Notes: generated by a model from the letters alone, not told the origin. DNA of 24,000 nucleotides from Methylobacterium sp. NEAU 140 (GCF_030700245.1 NZ_JAUYZI010000005.1:139496-163495), one strand, 5' to 3'. Positions 1 through 8,944 are shown, counted from the first letter of the stretch. Translations and numbers: made by a program.

Positions 1-460
1 TCTTGAAGAAGATCGCGAACAGCCGCTCGCCGAACTGGTTGCGCACCCAGGCGTGGAAGGTCTGCGGCTCCCGCACCGGCCGGGCACGGGCGTAGAGGTA
101 GGAGGCCACGCAGGCGGCGCTGGTGAACACGCCGAGGTTGCGCAGCGCCTCGAACGCCTTCAGCGGGTAGGCGTAGTACCGGCCGCGGTAGTAGATCCGC
201 GACAGGCGCGGGCGCTCGATGAAGTCGTCCGGCAGGATCTCGTCCCACAGGTCGACCACCGCCTTCGCCTTTGAGAAGAAGCGGTGGCCGCCGATGTCGA
301 ACAGGTAGCCGTTGTGGGAGACGGTGCGCGAGATGCCGCCGACCTGATCGGAATCGCGCTCCAGCACCGCGACCGAGCGGCCCCGCTTCGACAGCAGGTA
401 GGCGGCGGTGAGGCCCGCGGGCCCCGCGCCGATCACCAGCGTCTCGGTGTGGTGGCTCAT
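1..460 (-). CDS. NAD(P)/FAD-dependent oxidoreductase, N-terminal part (gene continues beyond the left edge)
   Basis: Reverse-strand translation from the ATG (complement of 458-460) reads MSHHTETLVIGAGPAGLTAAYLLSKRGRSVAVLERDSDQVGGISRTVSHNGYLFDIGGHRFF... This is a GxGxxG dinucleotide-binding fold with an acidic residue closing beta-2 and a GGHRFF segment, as in amine-oxidase / UDP-galactopyranose-mutase-like flavoenzymes. It is absent from the ORF track because no stop lies inside the window. Confidence 0.75.
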   Translation of the reverse strand, partial: MSHHTETLVIGAGPAGLTAAYLLSKRGRSVAVLERDSDQVGGISRTVSHNGYLFDIGGHRFFSKAKAVVDLWDEILPDDFIERPRLSRIYYRGRYYAYPLKAFEALRNLGVFTSAACVASYLYARARPVREPQTFHAWVRNQFGERLFAIFFK

Positions 461-626
461 CCCCGGCTCCGGCAGGCGTCGCGGCCGGGTCGCTCCCGGC
501 GCGTGCGGAGCCTGCCTCGCAGATGGTTAAGGAAGCGCACTGCCGGCCCGGCTTGACCGGCCATTAAGGACGCCCGGCGATGGTGGGGCCGCGCCCGGAC
601 GCGGCGCGAACGGAGCCCCGCCGCCG

Positions 627-2408
627 ATGCCCCACGCGGCCGCCGCCTCGCCGGCACGGATCGACCCGCGGACCTTCCTGTGGCTGCTCGTCGCCCTCGC
701 CGTCGCGACGATGAACGCGCCGGCCGAGATCTGGGAGACGATCCGCCACCTGCGCGTGCCCGACACCGACGACGCCATGCGGCTCGCCGAGGTGCGCGAC
801 CTCCTCGGCGGCCAGGGCTGGTACGACAACGTCCAGCTCCGCTTCCAGCCGCCCGACGGCGTGCCGAGCCACTGGTCGCGGCTCGTGGACGCGCCGATCG
901 CCGGCCTGATCCTGGCGCTGACGCCGCTCGCCGGCCGGGCGCTCGCCACCGGGCTGACGGCGGCGCTGTGGCCCGCGCTGCTGTTCGGCCTCTACGGGTT
1001 CGTGCTGTACCGCGGCGCGCGCGGCCTGTTCGGCCCGCGGGCCGGCGTGCTGGCGCTGCTCGCGGCCACGCAGACCTTCGGCGTCACCGTCCAGTTCACG
1101 CCCGGCCGGGTCGACCACCACGCCGTGCAGATCCTGGCGATCCTCGGGCTCGGCCTCTGCATGATCCGCGGCGGCCTGCGGGCGGGGCTCGTCGGCGGCG
1201 GCCTCGCCGCCCTGTCGCTCGCGGTGGGGCTCGAAGGCTTGCCCTACGTCGCTCTCGGCGCCCTGTACCTCGCGGGCGACTGGATCCTGCGCGGCCGGCC
1301 CGCCCTGCCGGCCTTCCTGGGCTTCGGGCTCGGGCTGGGGCTCGCCGCGCCGGCCCTGTTCGCCGCCCAGACGGCGCCGGGACTGTGGGGGACGACCTAT
1401 TGCGACGCCCTGTCGCCGCCCTGGCTCTGGCTCGCGGCGGGGGGGCTCGGCACCGCGCTCGCCGCGGCGGGTCCCGGCGGCCGGCTCGGGAGCGCGTGGG
1501 GGCGCCTCGCCCTGGCGGCCCTGTGCGGCGCGGGCCTGCTCGGCGGCTTCGCCCTCGCCTTCCCGCTCTGCCTCGGCGGCCCGTTCCCGGGGATGACGCC
1601 GCTGGTGCGCGACCACTGGCTGCTCACCGTCAACGAGATGTCCTCGGTGCCGACGTTCATCGCCCGGGGCCAGTGGGAGGCGCTGGTCTTCTACCCCGTG
1701 CTGGCGATCGCGAGCCTGTGCGCGGCGTGGTCGGCGTGGCGCGGGCCGGAGCGCCGGGCGTGGTCGGTGTTCGCGCTGTTCCTGTGGCCCGGCCTCGTCC
1801 TCGGCTACGTCCAGTTCCGCGGGATCTACGTCGCCTCCGGCCTCGTGCCGCTGGTGGCCGGCGCGGTGATCGACCGGGCGCTGCGGCTCGCGGCCGATCG
1901 CGCCGTGCCGGCCCGGCGGCGCTGGGCCGCCGCCGGGCTCTCGGCCAGCCTCGTCAGCACCGTCTGGATGGCGCCGGTGGTCCTCGGCGTGACCCTCGCT
2001 CCCGACGTGCGCACCGCGCCGGATCCCAGCGGCGCCCTCGCCTGCTCCGGGCCGGCGGGGGTCGCGGCGCTCGCGGCGCTGCCGCCCGGCACGGTGCTCG
2101 CGCCGATCTTCATGGGCCCGTCGATCCTGCTGCGCACGCCGCACGCGGTGGTGGCTGCGCCCTATCACCGGGCGATCCCCGGGCTGACCGCCGCGATCGA
2201 GGGCCTGGGCGGCACCGAGGCGGACCTCCGGCGCAGCGTCGCGGCCTTCGGCGTCGACTACCTCGTCGCCTGCCCCAGCCGCCCCGGCGACGACATCCGC
2301 GGCGCGCCGGCCTTCGCGACCCGGCTGGCCCGGGGCGAGACGTCCTCGGACTGGCTGGCGCCCGTGGCGGTGCCGGGGGTGCTGAAGGTGTGGCGGGTGA
2401 CGCGGTGA
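627..2408 (+). CDS. Polytopic inner-membrane protein, GT-C glycosyltransferase-like (ArnT/PMT/STT3-type architecture); exact family unassigned
   Basis: 593-aa ORF with GC3-rich codons and many L/A/G-rich hydrophobic segments. After the first TM helix comes a loop PDTDDAMRLAEVRDLLGGQGWYD (acidic DxDD, then E..RD), like the first extracytoplasmic loop of GT-C enzymes. The C-terminal ~150 aa are non-hydrophobic. Overlapping ORFs 564-2168(-) and 680-2443(+) are Arg/Pro-rich shadows. Confidence 0.7.
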   Translation: MPHAAAASPARIDPRTFLWLLVALAVATMNAPAEIWETIRHLRVPDTDDAMRLAEVRDLLGGQGWYDNVQLRFQPPDGVPSHWSRLVDAPIAGLILALTPLAGRALATGLTAALWPALLFGLYGFVLYRGARGLFGPRAGVLALLAATQTFGVTVQFTPGRVDHHAVQILAILGLGLCMIRGGLRAGLVGGGLAALSLAVGLEGLPYVALGALYLAGDWILRGRPALPAFLGFGLGLGLAAPALFAAQTAPGLWGTTYCDALSPPWLWLAAGGLGTALAAAGPGGRLGSAWGRLALAALCGAGLLGGFALAFPLCLGGPFPGMTPLVRDHWLLTVNEMSSVPTFIARGQWEALVFYPVLAIASLCAAWSAWRGPERRAWSVFALFLWPGLVLGYVQFRGIYVASGLVPLVAGAVIDRALRLAADRAVPARRRWAAAGLSASLVSTVWMAPVVLGVTLAPDVRTAPDPSGALACSGPAGVAALAALPPGTVLAPIFMGPSILLRTPHAVVAAPYHRAIPGLTAAIEGLGGTEADLRRSVAAFGVDYLVACPSRPGDDIRGAPAFATRLARGETSSDWLAPVAVPGVLKVWRVTR

Positions 2409-2414
2409 GCCGGC

Positions 2415-3644
2415 TCAGAGCAGCCGGCGGTCGAGGCGGATGATCCGGCAGGGATCGCCGGCCCGGGCGGCGGGGGCGCGCGGCGCGCGGATCAGCAGGG
2501 CCTCCGCGCGCCCGAGGACGGCGAGCATCGAGGAATCCTGCCGGTTCTCGGGCGTGGCGACCGGCAGCTCGCCGGGCCGCAGCTCGAGGCGGGCGCGCAT
2601 GTAGTCGGCCCGGCCGTCGTTCTCGGGCAGGTCGCGGCCGAGCACGGCCGGCTCGCTGCGGTCGGCGCCGGCCATCGGATCGCCCAGCAGCGCCCGGATC
2701 GTCGGCACCACGAACAGCAGCCCGCAGACGATGGAGGAGACCGGGTTGCCGGGCAGCCCGATCACCAGCATCCGCCCGAGCCGGCCGTGCATCAGCGGCT
2801 TGCCGGGGCGCAGGGCCACCCGCCAGAAGCCGAAATCCATCCCCTCGCGCCGCAGGGCCGCCTGGACGAGGTCGTGATCGCCCACCGAGGCGCCGCCGAG
2901 CGTCACCAGCAGGTCGGCCTCCGCCTCGCGCGCACGGCGCACGGCGTCTTCGAGGGCGGCGTGGTCGTCGGCGGCGATGCCGAGATCGATCGTCTCCGCC
3001 CCGGCCTCCGCGGCGAGCGCGGCGAGCGCGAGGCTGTTCGAGGCGACGATCTGGTCCCAGGCGGCCGGCGCCCCGGGCTCGACCAGCTCGTCGCCGGTGG
3101 CGAGGATCGCCACGCGGGGCCTGCGCCGCACCGGCAGGCTCGGGTGTCCGGCCGCCGCCGCCAGGGCGAGGCGGCGGGCGTCGAGGGTGAGGCCCGCGCC
3201 GAGCAGGGTGTCGCCCGCGGCGAAGTCGAGGCCGGCGCGGCGGATGAAGCGGTCGCGCTCGACCGGCTCCACCACCCGGACCGCGTCGCCCGCGGCCTCG
3301 GCATCCTCCTGGATCAGGATCGCGTCGGCCCCCTCGGGCACGGGGGCGCCGGTGAAGATCCGCACCGCCTCGCCCGGGCCGAGCGGGCCCGCGAAGCCGT
3401 GGCCGGCGGCGCTGATGCCGATCAGGCGCAGCGCGGCGCCGGCCGATCCGGCATCCGCGGCGCGCACCGCGTAGCCGTCCATCGCCGAGGCCGGAAAGGG
3501 CGGCTGCGTGCGGGTGGCGGCCACGTCGGCCGCGAGCGTCCGCCCGGCGGCGCGGGCGAGCGGGGTCGTCTCGGCCTCGGTCGGGCCCGGCACGCTGGCG
3601 AGCACCCGCGCCAGCGCCTCGGCGACGGGGATCAGCCCGCTCAT
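2415..3644 (-). CDS. moeA: Molybdopterin molybdenumtransferase MoeA
   Basis: ORF 2415-3899 trimmed to the internal ATG (complement of 3642-3644; [15 protein letters not shown]...). This ATG overlaps the moaC stop by 1 nt (TGATG). Motifs PPFPASAMDGYAV, LVTLGGASVGDHD and GLPGNPVSS are typical of MoeA. The 85-aa upstream extension is Arg-rich and lies inside moaC. Confidence 0.9.
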   Translation of the reverse strand: MSGLIPVAEALARVLASVPGPTEAETTPLARAAGRTLAADVAATRTQPPFPASAMDGYAVRAADAGSAGAALRLIGISAAGHGFAGPLGPGEAVRIFTGAPVPEGADAILIQEDAEAAGDAVRVVEPVERDRFIRRAGLDFAAGDTLLGAGLTLDARRLALAAAAGHPSLPVRRRPRVAILATGDELVEPGAPAAWDQIVASNSLALAALAAEAGAETIDLGIAADDHAALEDAVRRAREAEADLLVTLGGASVGDHDLVQAALRREGMDFGFWRVALRPGKPLMHGRLGRMLVIGLPGNPVSSIVCGLLFVVPTIRALLGDPMAGADRSEPAVLGRDLPENDGRADYMRARLELRPGELPVATPENRQDSSMLAVLGRAEALLIRAPRAPAARAGDPCRIIRLDRRLL

Positions 3645-4135
3645 CACGCCTCCGCCCGGTAGGCGCCGGAGCGGCCGCCGTCCTTGGCGGTGAGCCGCAC
3701 GCCTTCGATGCGCATGCCGCGGTCGACTGCCTTCACCATGTCGTAGACCGTCAGGCAGGCGAGCGAGACGGCGGTCAGTGCCTCCATCTCGACGCCGGTC
3801 GGCCCCTGCACCCGCACTTCCGCCGAGATCCGCAGGCCCGGCAGGGCGTCGTCGGGCTCGCAATCGACGCGCACCTTCGACAGGAGCAGGGGGTGGCACA
3901 GCGGGATCAGCTCGTGCGTGCGCTTGGCCGCCATGATGCCGGCGAGGCGGGCGGTGCCGATCACGTCGCCCTTCTTGGCGTCGCCCTCGCGGATCAGCGC
4001 CAGGGTCTCGGGCCGCATCACCACGCAGCCCTCCGCGCGGGCGGTGCGGGTGGTGGCGGGCTTGTCGGTGACGTCGACCATGTTGGCCGCGCCCGCGGCG
4101 TCGAGATGGGTCAGGCCCGGCCGCTCCGGCTCCAT
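3644..4135 (-). CDS. moaC: Cyclic pyranopterin monophosphate synthase MoaC
   Basis: 163 aa with [22 protein letters not shown] and [17 protein letters not shown], characteristic of MoaC. The start lies 5 nt after the trpC stop. Confidence 0.93.
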   Translation of the reverse strand: MEPERPGLTHLDAAGAANMVDVTDKPATTRTARAEGCVVMRPETLALIREGDAKKGDVIGTARLAGIMAAKRTHELIPLCHPLLLSKVRVDCEPDDALPGLRISAEVRVQGPTGVEMEALTAVSLACLTVYDMVKAVDRGMRIEGVRLTAKDGGRSGAYRAEA

Positions 4136-4140
4136 GCGGC

Positions 4141-5067
4141 TCAGCCCTTCTTGCGGGCCGGCTTGGCCGATCCGGTCTTGCCCGTCCCGCCTTGGCCCGC
4201 CTCGCCCGAGAGCAGCGCCCGCGTCGCAGCGGTCACGTCCGCCTGCCGCATCAGGCTCTCGCCGACCAGCACCACGTCGAGGCCGTGGGCGGAGAGACGC
4301 TGCACGTCGGCGTGGTCGTTGATGCCGCTCTCGGCCACGGCGATCCGGTCCTCGGGGATGCCGGGTCGCAGGTCGAGGGCCGTGTCGAACGAGACCTCGA
4401 ACGTCTTGAGGTTGCGGTTGTTGATCCCGACCATGGCGGTGCCGAGCGTCAGCGCGCGTGCGAGTTCGAGCGCGTCGTGAACTTCGGCGAGAACGTCCAT
4501 GCCGAGCTCATGCGCGGTCTCGACCAGCGCCACCGCCTCGTCGTCGTCGAGGCAGGCCATGATCACGAGGATGCAGTCGGCCCCCCAGGCCCGGGCCTCG
4601 TAGACCTGGTAGGGCTCGAACATGAAGTCCTTGCGCAGCACCGGCAGGGCGCAGGCGGCCCGGGCCTCGGTCAGGTACTCGGGCCGGCCCTGGAACGAGG
4701 GCTCGTCGGTCAGCACCGACAGGCAGGCCGCGCCGCCCGCGGCGTAGGCGGCCGCCAGCGCCGCCGGCTCGAAGTCGGCGCGGATCAGGCCCTTCGACGG
4801 CGAGGCCTTCTTGATCTCGGCGATCAGGGCCGGGCGGCCCGCCGCCCGCTGGGCGCGGATCGCGTCGGCGAAACCGCGGGGCGCGTCGGCCCCGGCGACG
4901 CGCCGCTCCAGCTTGGCCAGCGGCACCCGCAGCTTGGCCTCGGCGATCTCCCGGCGCTTGTAGGCCTCGATCCGGGCCAGCACGTTGGGCCGCTCCGGGG
5001 CCGTCTCGGCGACGGCCTCCCCCGTGACGGAGGTCATCGGCTCAGCGGTCACAGGCACAACGGTCAT
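4141..5067 (-). CDS. trpC: Indole-3-glycerol phosphate synthase TrpC (with a Lys/Gly-rich C-terminal tail)
   Basis: ORF 4141-5229 trimmed to the ATG at complement 5065-5067, preceded by AGGAG-N5. Motifs [18 protein letters not shown] and INNRNLKTF are present. The tail is [22 protein letters not shown]. Confidence 0.88.
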   Translation of the reverse strand: MTVVPVTAEPMTSVTGEAVAETAPERPNVLARIEAYKRREIAEAKLRVPLAKLERRVAGADAPRGFADAIRAQRAAGRPALIAEIKKASPSKGLIRADFEPAALAAAYAAGGAACLSVLTDEPSFQGRPEYLTEARAACALPVLRKDFMFEPYQVYEARAWGADCILVIMACLDDDEAVALVETAHELGMDVLAEVHDALELARALTLGTAMVGINNRNLKTFEVSFDTALDLRPGIPEDRIAVAESGINDHADVQRLSAHGLDVVLVGESLMRQADVTAATRALLSGEAGQGGTGKTGSAKPARKKG

Positions 5068-5095
5068 AGGCACTCCTGCCCGTTCGATGGGCCGT

Positions 5096-6109
5096 TCACC
5101 GGTTCGAGACCTGCACGAGGCGCGCCAGCGTCGCCCGGGCCGCGCCGGAATCGAGCGCATCCTGCGCCCGCGCGACGCCGTCCGCCAGGGCGTCCGCGGC
5201 GCCTGCGACCACGAGCGCGGCCCCCGCATTGAGAACCGCGATGTCCCGGTAGGCGTTGCGTGCCCCGTCGAGCACGGCGCCCAGCGCCCGGGCGTTGTCG
5301 GGCGGCTCGCCGCCGCGCAGCGCCTCGGGCGGGTGCAGCGGCAGGCCGACTTCGCGCGGGTCGATCGCGAAGCGGCTGATCCGCCCCTCGTCGAGGGCGA
5401 CGACCTGGGTCGGGCCGGTGACGGTGATCTCGTCGAGCCCGTCCGAGCCGTGCACGGTCCAGACCCGGCGGCTGCCGAGTTCGGCGAGCACCCGGGTCAG
5501 CGGCTCGGCGCGGGCCCCGTCGGCGACGCCGAAGAGCTGGCTGGCGACGTCCGCCGGATTGCACAGCGGTCCCAGCAGGTTGAAGATCGTGCGCACCGGC
5601 AGTTCGGAGCGGACCGCCGCCACGTGGCGCATCGCCCCGTGATGGGCCTGGGCGAACAGGAAGCACAGGCCCGCCTCGGCGAGGCACGAAGCCTGCGCCT
5701 CCGGGTCGAGCCCGAGCCGGACACCGAGCGCCGCGAGCACGTCGGCGGCCCCCGAGCGAGAGGTCGCGGCGCGGTTGCCGTGCTTGGCCACCGGCACGCC
5801 GCAGGCGGCGACGAGGATGGCGGCCAGCGTCGAGACGTTGACGCTGCCCGAATGGTCGCCGCCGGTGCCGACCACGTCGACCGCGCCGGCCGGCGCCGTC
5901 ACCCGGACCATGCGCGCGCGCATCGCCTCGGCCGCGCCGACGATCTCCTCGACCGTCTCGCCGCGCACCTTCAGCGCGGTCAGGAACGCCGCCGCCTGGA
6001 CCGGGGTGACCTCCCCCGACAGGAGGTCGTCGAAGGCGGCGCGCGCGGCGGCGCGGTCGAGGGCGAGGCCCCCGGCGACCCGCGCGAGATGCGGCTTGAA
6101 GGAATCCAT
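5096..6109 (-). CDS. trpD: Anthranilate phosphoribosyltransferase TrpD
   Basis: ORF 5096-6157 trimmed to [14 protein letters not shown]... (ATG at complement 6107-6109), the usual TrpD N-terminus. Motifs [23 protein letters not shown] and [10 protein letters not shown] are present. Confidence 0.9.
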   Translation of the reverse strand: MDSFKPHLARVAGGLALDRAAARAAFDDLLSGEVTPVQAAAFLTALKVRGETVEEIVGAAEAMRARMVRVTAPAGAVDVVGTGGDHSGSVNVSTLAAILVAACGVPVAKHGNRAATSRSGAADVLAALGVRLGLDPEAQASCLAEAGLCFLFAQAHHGAMRHVAAVRSELPVRTIFNLLGPLCNPADVASQLFGVADGARAEPLTRVLAELGSRRVWTVHGSDGLDEITVTGPTQVVALDEGRISRFAIDPREVGLPLHPPEALRGGEPPDNARALGAVLDGARNAYRDIAVLNAGAALVVAGAADALADGVARAQDALDSGAARATLARLVQVSNR

Positions 6110-6153
6110 GGTCTGTCGCGGTGGGCCGAAGCGCTGGCAGGGGGCTCGGCGCG

Positions 6154-6813
6154 TCAATGCACGGGCGGCCGGCCCTTGTCACGCATAGGCTCGTCACGGA
6201 TGGGCTCGTCGCGGATGGGCGCGTCACGCGCGGCCTTCCAGGCGGCCGCCATGGCGAGGAAGTTGCGCACGATCTCGGCGCCGTGCTGCGAGCGGATGCT
6301 CTCCGGGTGGAACTGCACCCCGTGGACCGGCCGCTCGGCGTGCTCCAGGCCCATGATCAGCCCGTCCGCCTCGGCCGTGACCCGCAGCGCCTCCGGGCAG
6401 GTGGCGCGGTCGACCACCAGCGAGTGGTAGCGCGTCGCCTCGAAGCTGTCGTTGAGGCCGCGGAACAGGCCGCTGGCCCCGTGGCGGATGGTGGAGACCT
6501 TGCCGTGCAGCGGCAGCGGCGCCCGCACCACGTCCCCACCGAACGCCTGCCCGATCGCCTGGAGGCCGAGGCAGACGCCGAAGATCGGGATCTCGCCCGA
6601 GAGTTCCCGCACCACGTCGAGGCAGATCCCCGCCTCGTTGGGCGTGCACGGCCCCGGCGAGAGCACGATCGCGTCCGGCGCCCGCTCCCGGATGTCGGCC
6701 ACCGTCAGCGCGTCGTTGCGCGCCACCGCGATCGACCCGCATTGCGGCCCGATCAGGTGGACGAGGTTGAAGGTGAAGCTGTCGTAGTTGTCGATGACGA
6801 GGACGTTGGACAT
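6154..6813 (-). CDS. trpG: Anthranilate synthase component II / glutamine amidotransferase TrpG
   Basis: ORF 6154-6867 trimmed to MSNVLVIDNYDSFTFNLVHL (ATG at complement 6811-6813). Catalytic GVCLGLQ and VQFHPESI are present. The C-terminal ~25 aa are an atypical tail with P-[IM]-R-D-[EK] repeats. Confidence 0.9.
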   Translation of the reverse strand: MSNVLVIDNYDSFTFNLVHLIGPQCGSIAVARNDALTVADIRERAPDAIVLSPGPCTPNEAGICLDVVRELSGEIPIFGVCLGLQAIGQAFGGDVVRAPLPLHGKVSTIRHGASGLFRGLNDSFEATRYHSLVVDRATCPEALRVTAEADGLIMGLEHAERPVHGVQFHPESIRSQHGAEIVRNFLAMAAAWKAARDAPIRDEPIRDEPMRDKGRPPVH

Positions 6814-7004
6814 CGCGGGCACCCGGGCGGACCCCCGCGATGTGACGGCTCGGGCCCGGCCGGTCAACCGCCGCGGGAACCGGGCCAGGGCTCCGATCTG
6901 GCCGGCCCGGGCCGAGGCCCGACCGGCGCTCGCCGCTGCGCACGCGTTCGCGTATCGTGCCGTCCCGGGGGGCGAGACCGGATATCGCCCCGGGGGAGAG
7001 CCGC

Positions 7005-7388
7005 ATGGCCGTGCACCGACGCGTCGCGTCCGCCGGATCGTCGGGGCGGCCGTGGCTCCTGTCCGCGGCGCTGGTCCTGCCGCTCGTGCTCCCGGCGCAC
7101 GCCGCGCCGGCCGACGAGCCGACCGAGCGGCGCCTGACCGTGACGCTGCTCACCCTCGACATGGCCCAGACCGCCTGCGGCTTCCGCGTCGCCCGGGACC
7201 GGCTCGCGGCCCTGCTCGCCGCCGCGAACGTGACGCGGGACCAGCTCTACGGGCGTCCCATCACGCCGACGCTCCAGGCGTCGATCGACGGGCTGCGGGA
7301 CGGGTTCACGCGCAACGCCCCTGCCGCCTGTGCCGAGGCGTGGCGCCAGTTCGGACCGGCGAGCGCGCCGAACCTGCTGACGCGGTGA
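7005..7388 (+). CDS. Hypothetical small secreted protein (signal peptide, no recognised domain)
   Basis: ORF 6957-7388 trimmed to the ATG at 7005, preceded by GGGGGAGAG. The N-terminus MAVHRRVASAGSSGRPWLLSAALVLPLVLPAHA/AP looks like a Sec signal peptide with an AHA cleavage site. Third codon positions are strongly G/C. I recognise no family. Confidence 0.55.
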   Translation: MAVHRRVASAGSSGRPWLLSAALVLPLVLPAHAAPADEPTERRLTVTLLTLDMAQTACGFRVARDRLAALLAAANVTRDQLYGRPITPTLQASIDGLRDGFTRNAPAACAEAWRQFGPASAPNLLTR

Positions 7389-7415
7389 CGCGGGCCGGGC
7401 GCCCAGCCGCCTCGC

Positions 7416-8936
7416 CTACTGCCCGCGCTTGGCCTGCGCCGCGAAGCGCACCGCCTCCTCCGCCGCCCGGAACAGGGCGCGCGCCTTGTTGACGCATTCC
7501 TGCTGCTCGGAGGCCGGATCGGAATCGTAGACGATGCCCGCGCCGGCCTGGACGTGCATGCGCCCGTCCTTCACCACCGCGGTGCGGAGCACGATGCAGG
7601 TGTCCATCTCGCCCCGCGCCCCGAAATAGCCGATGCAGCCGGCATAGGGCCCGCGCTTCTCGCGCTCCAATTCGTCGATGATCTCCATCGCCCGCACCTT
7701 CGGCGCCCCCGAGACGGTGCCGGCGGGAAAGCCCGCACTCAGCGCGTCGAGGGGATCGTGCGCCGGGTCGAGGTCGCCCTCGACGTTCGACACGATGTGC
7801 ATCACGTGGCTGTAGCGCTCGATGAAGAACTGGTCGGTCACCCGCACGCTGCCGATCCGCGAGACGCGGCCGGCGTCGTTGCGGCCGAGATCGAGCAGCA
7901 TCAGGTGCTCGGCCCGCTCCTTCGGATCGGCCAGCAGCTCCTCGGCCAGCGCCCGGTCCTCGGCGGGCGTGGCGCCGCGCCGCCGCGTGCCGGCGATCGG
8001 GCGCACCGTCACCACGCCCTCGCGCACCCGCACCAGGATCTCCGGCGAGGAGCAGACGATCTGGAAGGCCTCGAAGTCGAGGTAGCACAGGAACGGCGCC
8101 GGGTTGGTGCGCCGGAGCGAGCGGTAGAGGGCGAAGGCCGGCAGGGTGAACGGCGCCTCGAAGCGCTGCGACAGCACCACCTGGAAGACGTCGCCCGCGA
8201 CGATGTACTCCTTGGCCCGCGCGACCATCGCCGCGAACCGGTCCGGCGGCGTGTTCGAGACGGGCTCGGGCGGGGCGACGGCCGCGAGGTCGACCCGCGC
8301 CTCGATCGGCAGCGGCCCTTCGAGGGCCGCGGCGACCCGGTCGAGCCGGCCGAGCGCCTCCTCGTAGGCGGCGCGGGGCGCGACGCCCGGGGCCGGGCGC
8401 ACCGGCGAGACCACGGTGATCAGGTCGCGCACCGCGTCGAACACCACCATCACCCGCGGGCGGACCAGGATCGCGTCCGGCACGCCGAGCGGGTCGGGGT
8501 TCGGCTCGGCCAAGCGCTCCATCGCGCGGACCATGTCGTAGCCGAGATAGCCGAACAGGCCGGCGGCCATCGGCGGCAGGTCGCGCCCCGCATCCTCGGC
8601 GATGGCGCTCTCGGCGATCAGCGCCCGCAGGCTCGCGAGCGGCGCCCGGTCGTCCGGCTCGAACCGGGTGAGGTCGGCGCCGCGGGCGAGCGCCGGCCGG
8701 CCGTCCCGGCAGCGCCAGATCAGGTCGGGGTCGAGGCCGATCATCGAGTAGCGGCCGCGCACCGCACCGCCCTCGACCGATTCGAGCAGGAAGGCGGGCC
8801 CGGCGTGCCGGGCGCGCAGCTTCAGGAAGGCGGCGACCGGCGTCTCCAGGTCGGCCACCAGGGTGATTTCGAGGAGCGCCGGACGGCCCGCCTCGTAGGC
8901 GGCGCGGAAGGCGTCGAAGTCGGGCGCGTCGGACAT
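7416..8936 (-). CDS. trpE: Anthranilate synthase component I TrpE
   Basis: The 3'-terminal 506 codons of the artefactual 1414-aa ORF 7416-11660. It starts at MSDAPDFDAFRAAYEAG (ATG at complement 8934-8936), 8 nt after the upstream stop. Motifs FLLESVEGG, IAGTRRRG, GAPKVRAMEII and AGAGIVYDSDP are present. Confidence 0.93.
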   Translation of the reverse strand: MSDAPDFDAFRAAYEAGRPALLEITLVADLETPVAAFLKLRARHAGPAFLLESVEGGAVRGRYSMIGLDPDLIWRCRDGRPALARGADLTRFEPDDRAPLASLRALIAESAIAEDAGRDLPPMAAGLFGYLGYDMVRAMERLAEPNPDPLGVPDAILVRPRVMVVFDAVRDLITVVSPVRPAPGVAPRAAYEEALGRLDRVAAALEGPLPIEARVDLAAVAPPEPVSNTPPDRFAAMVARAKEYIVAGDVFQVVLSQRFEAPFTLPAFALYRSLRRTNPAPFLCYLDFEAFQIVCSSPEILVRVREGVVTVRPIAGTRRRGATPAEDRALAEELLADPKERAEHLMLLDLGRNDAGRVSRIGSVRVTDQFFIERYSHVMHIVSNVEGDLDPAHDPLDALSAGFPAGTVSGAPKVRAMEIIDELEREKRGPYAGCIGYFGARGEMDTCIVLRTAVVKDGRMHVQAGAGIVYDSDPASEQQECVNKARALFRAAEEAVRFAAQAKRGQ

Positions 8937-8944
8937 CGCCGCGC

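Noticed and set aside
564-2443. ORFs 564-2168(-) and 680-2443(+) overlapping the membrane-protein gene
   Set aside because: Their translations are extremely Arg/Pro/Gly-rich and highly charged. The 627-2408 frame gives coherent TM helices and a plausible GT-C loop.
3645-3899. N-terminal extensions offered by the ORF track for moeA (to 3899), trpC (to 5229), trpD (to 6157), trpG (to 6867), ppiD (to 11245), tpiA (from 10683), pyrG (from 13064), cbtB (from 17500) and the peptidase (from 15578)
   Set aside because: The extensions are Arg-rich and overlap the upstream gene or the intergenic region. Internal starts reproduce the canonical family N-termini, often with a Shine-Dalgarno sequence or a stop/start overlap.
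6946-6960. An alphaproteobacterial LexA-box-like sequence, GTTC-N7-GTGC, in the trpG / orphan divergent region
   Set aside because: The second half-site has one mismatch (GTGC instead of GTTC), and neither neighbouring gene belongs to the SOS regulon. This is likely chance.
6814-7004. A trp attenuator or leader peptide upstream of trpG, and in the 8-nt gap before trpE
   Set aside because: There is no short ORF with tandem Trp codons (no CCACCA on the plus strand) and no terminator/antiterminator pair. trpE has no room for a leader.
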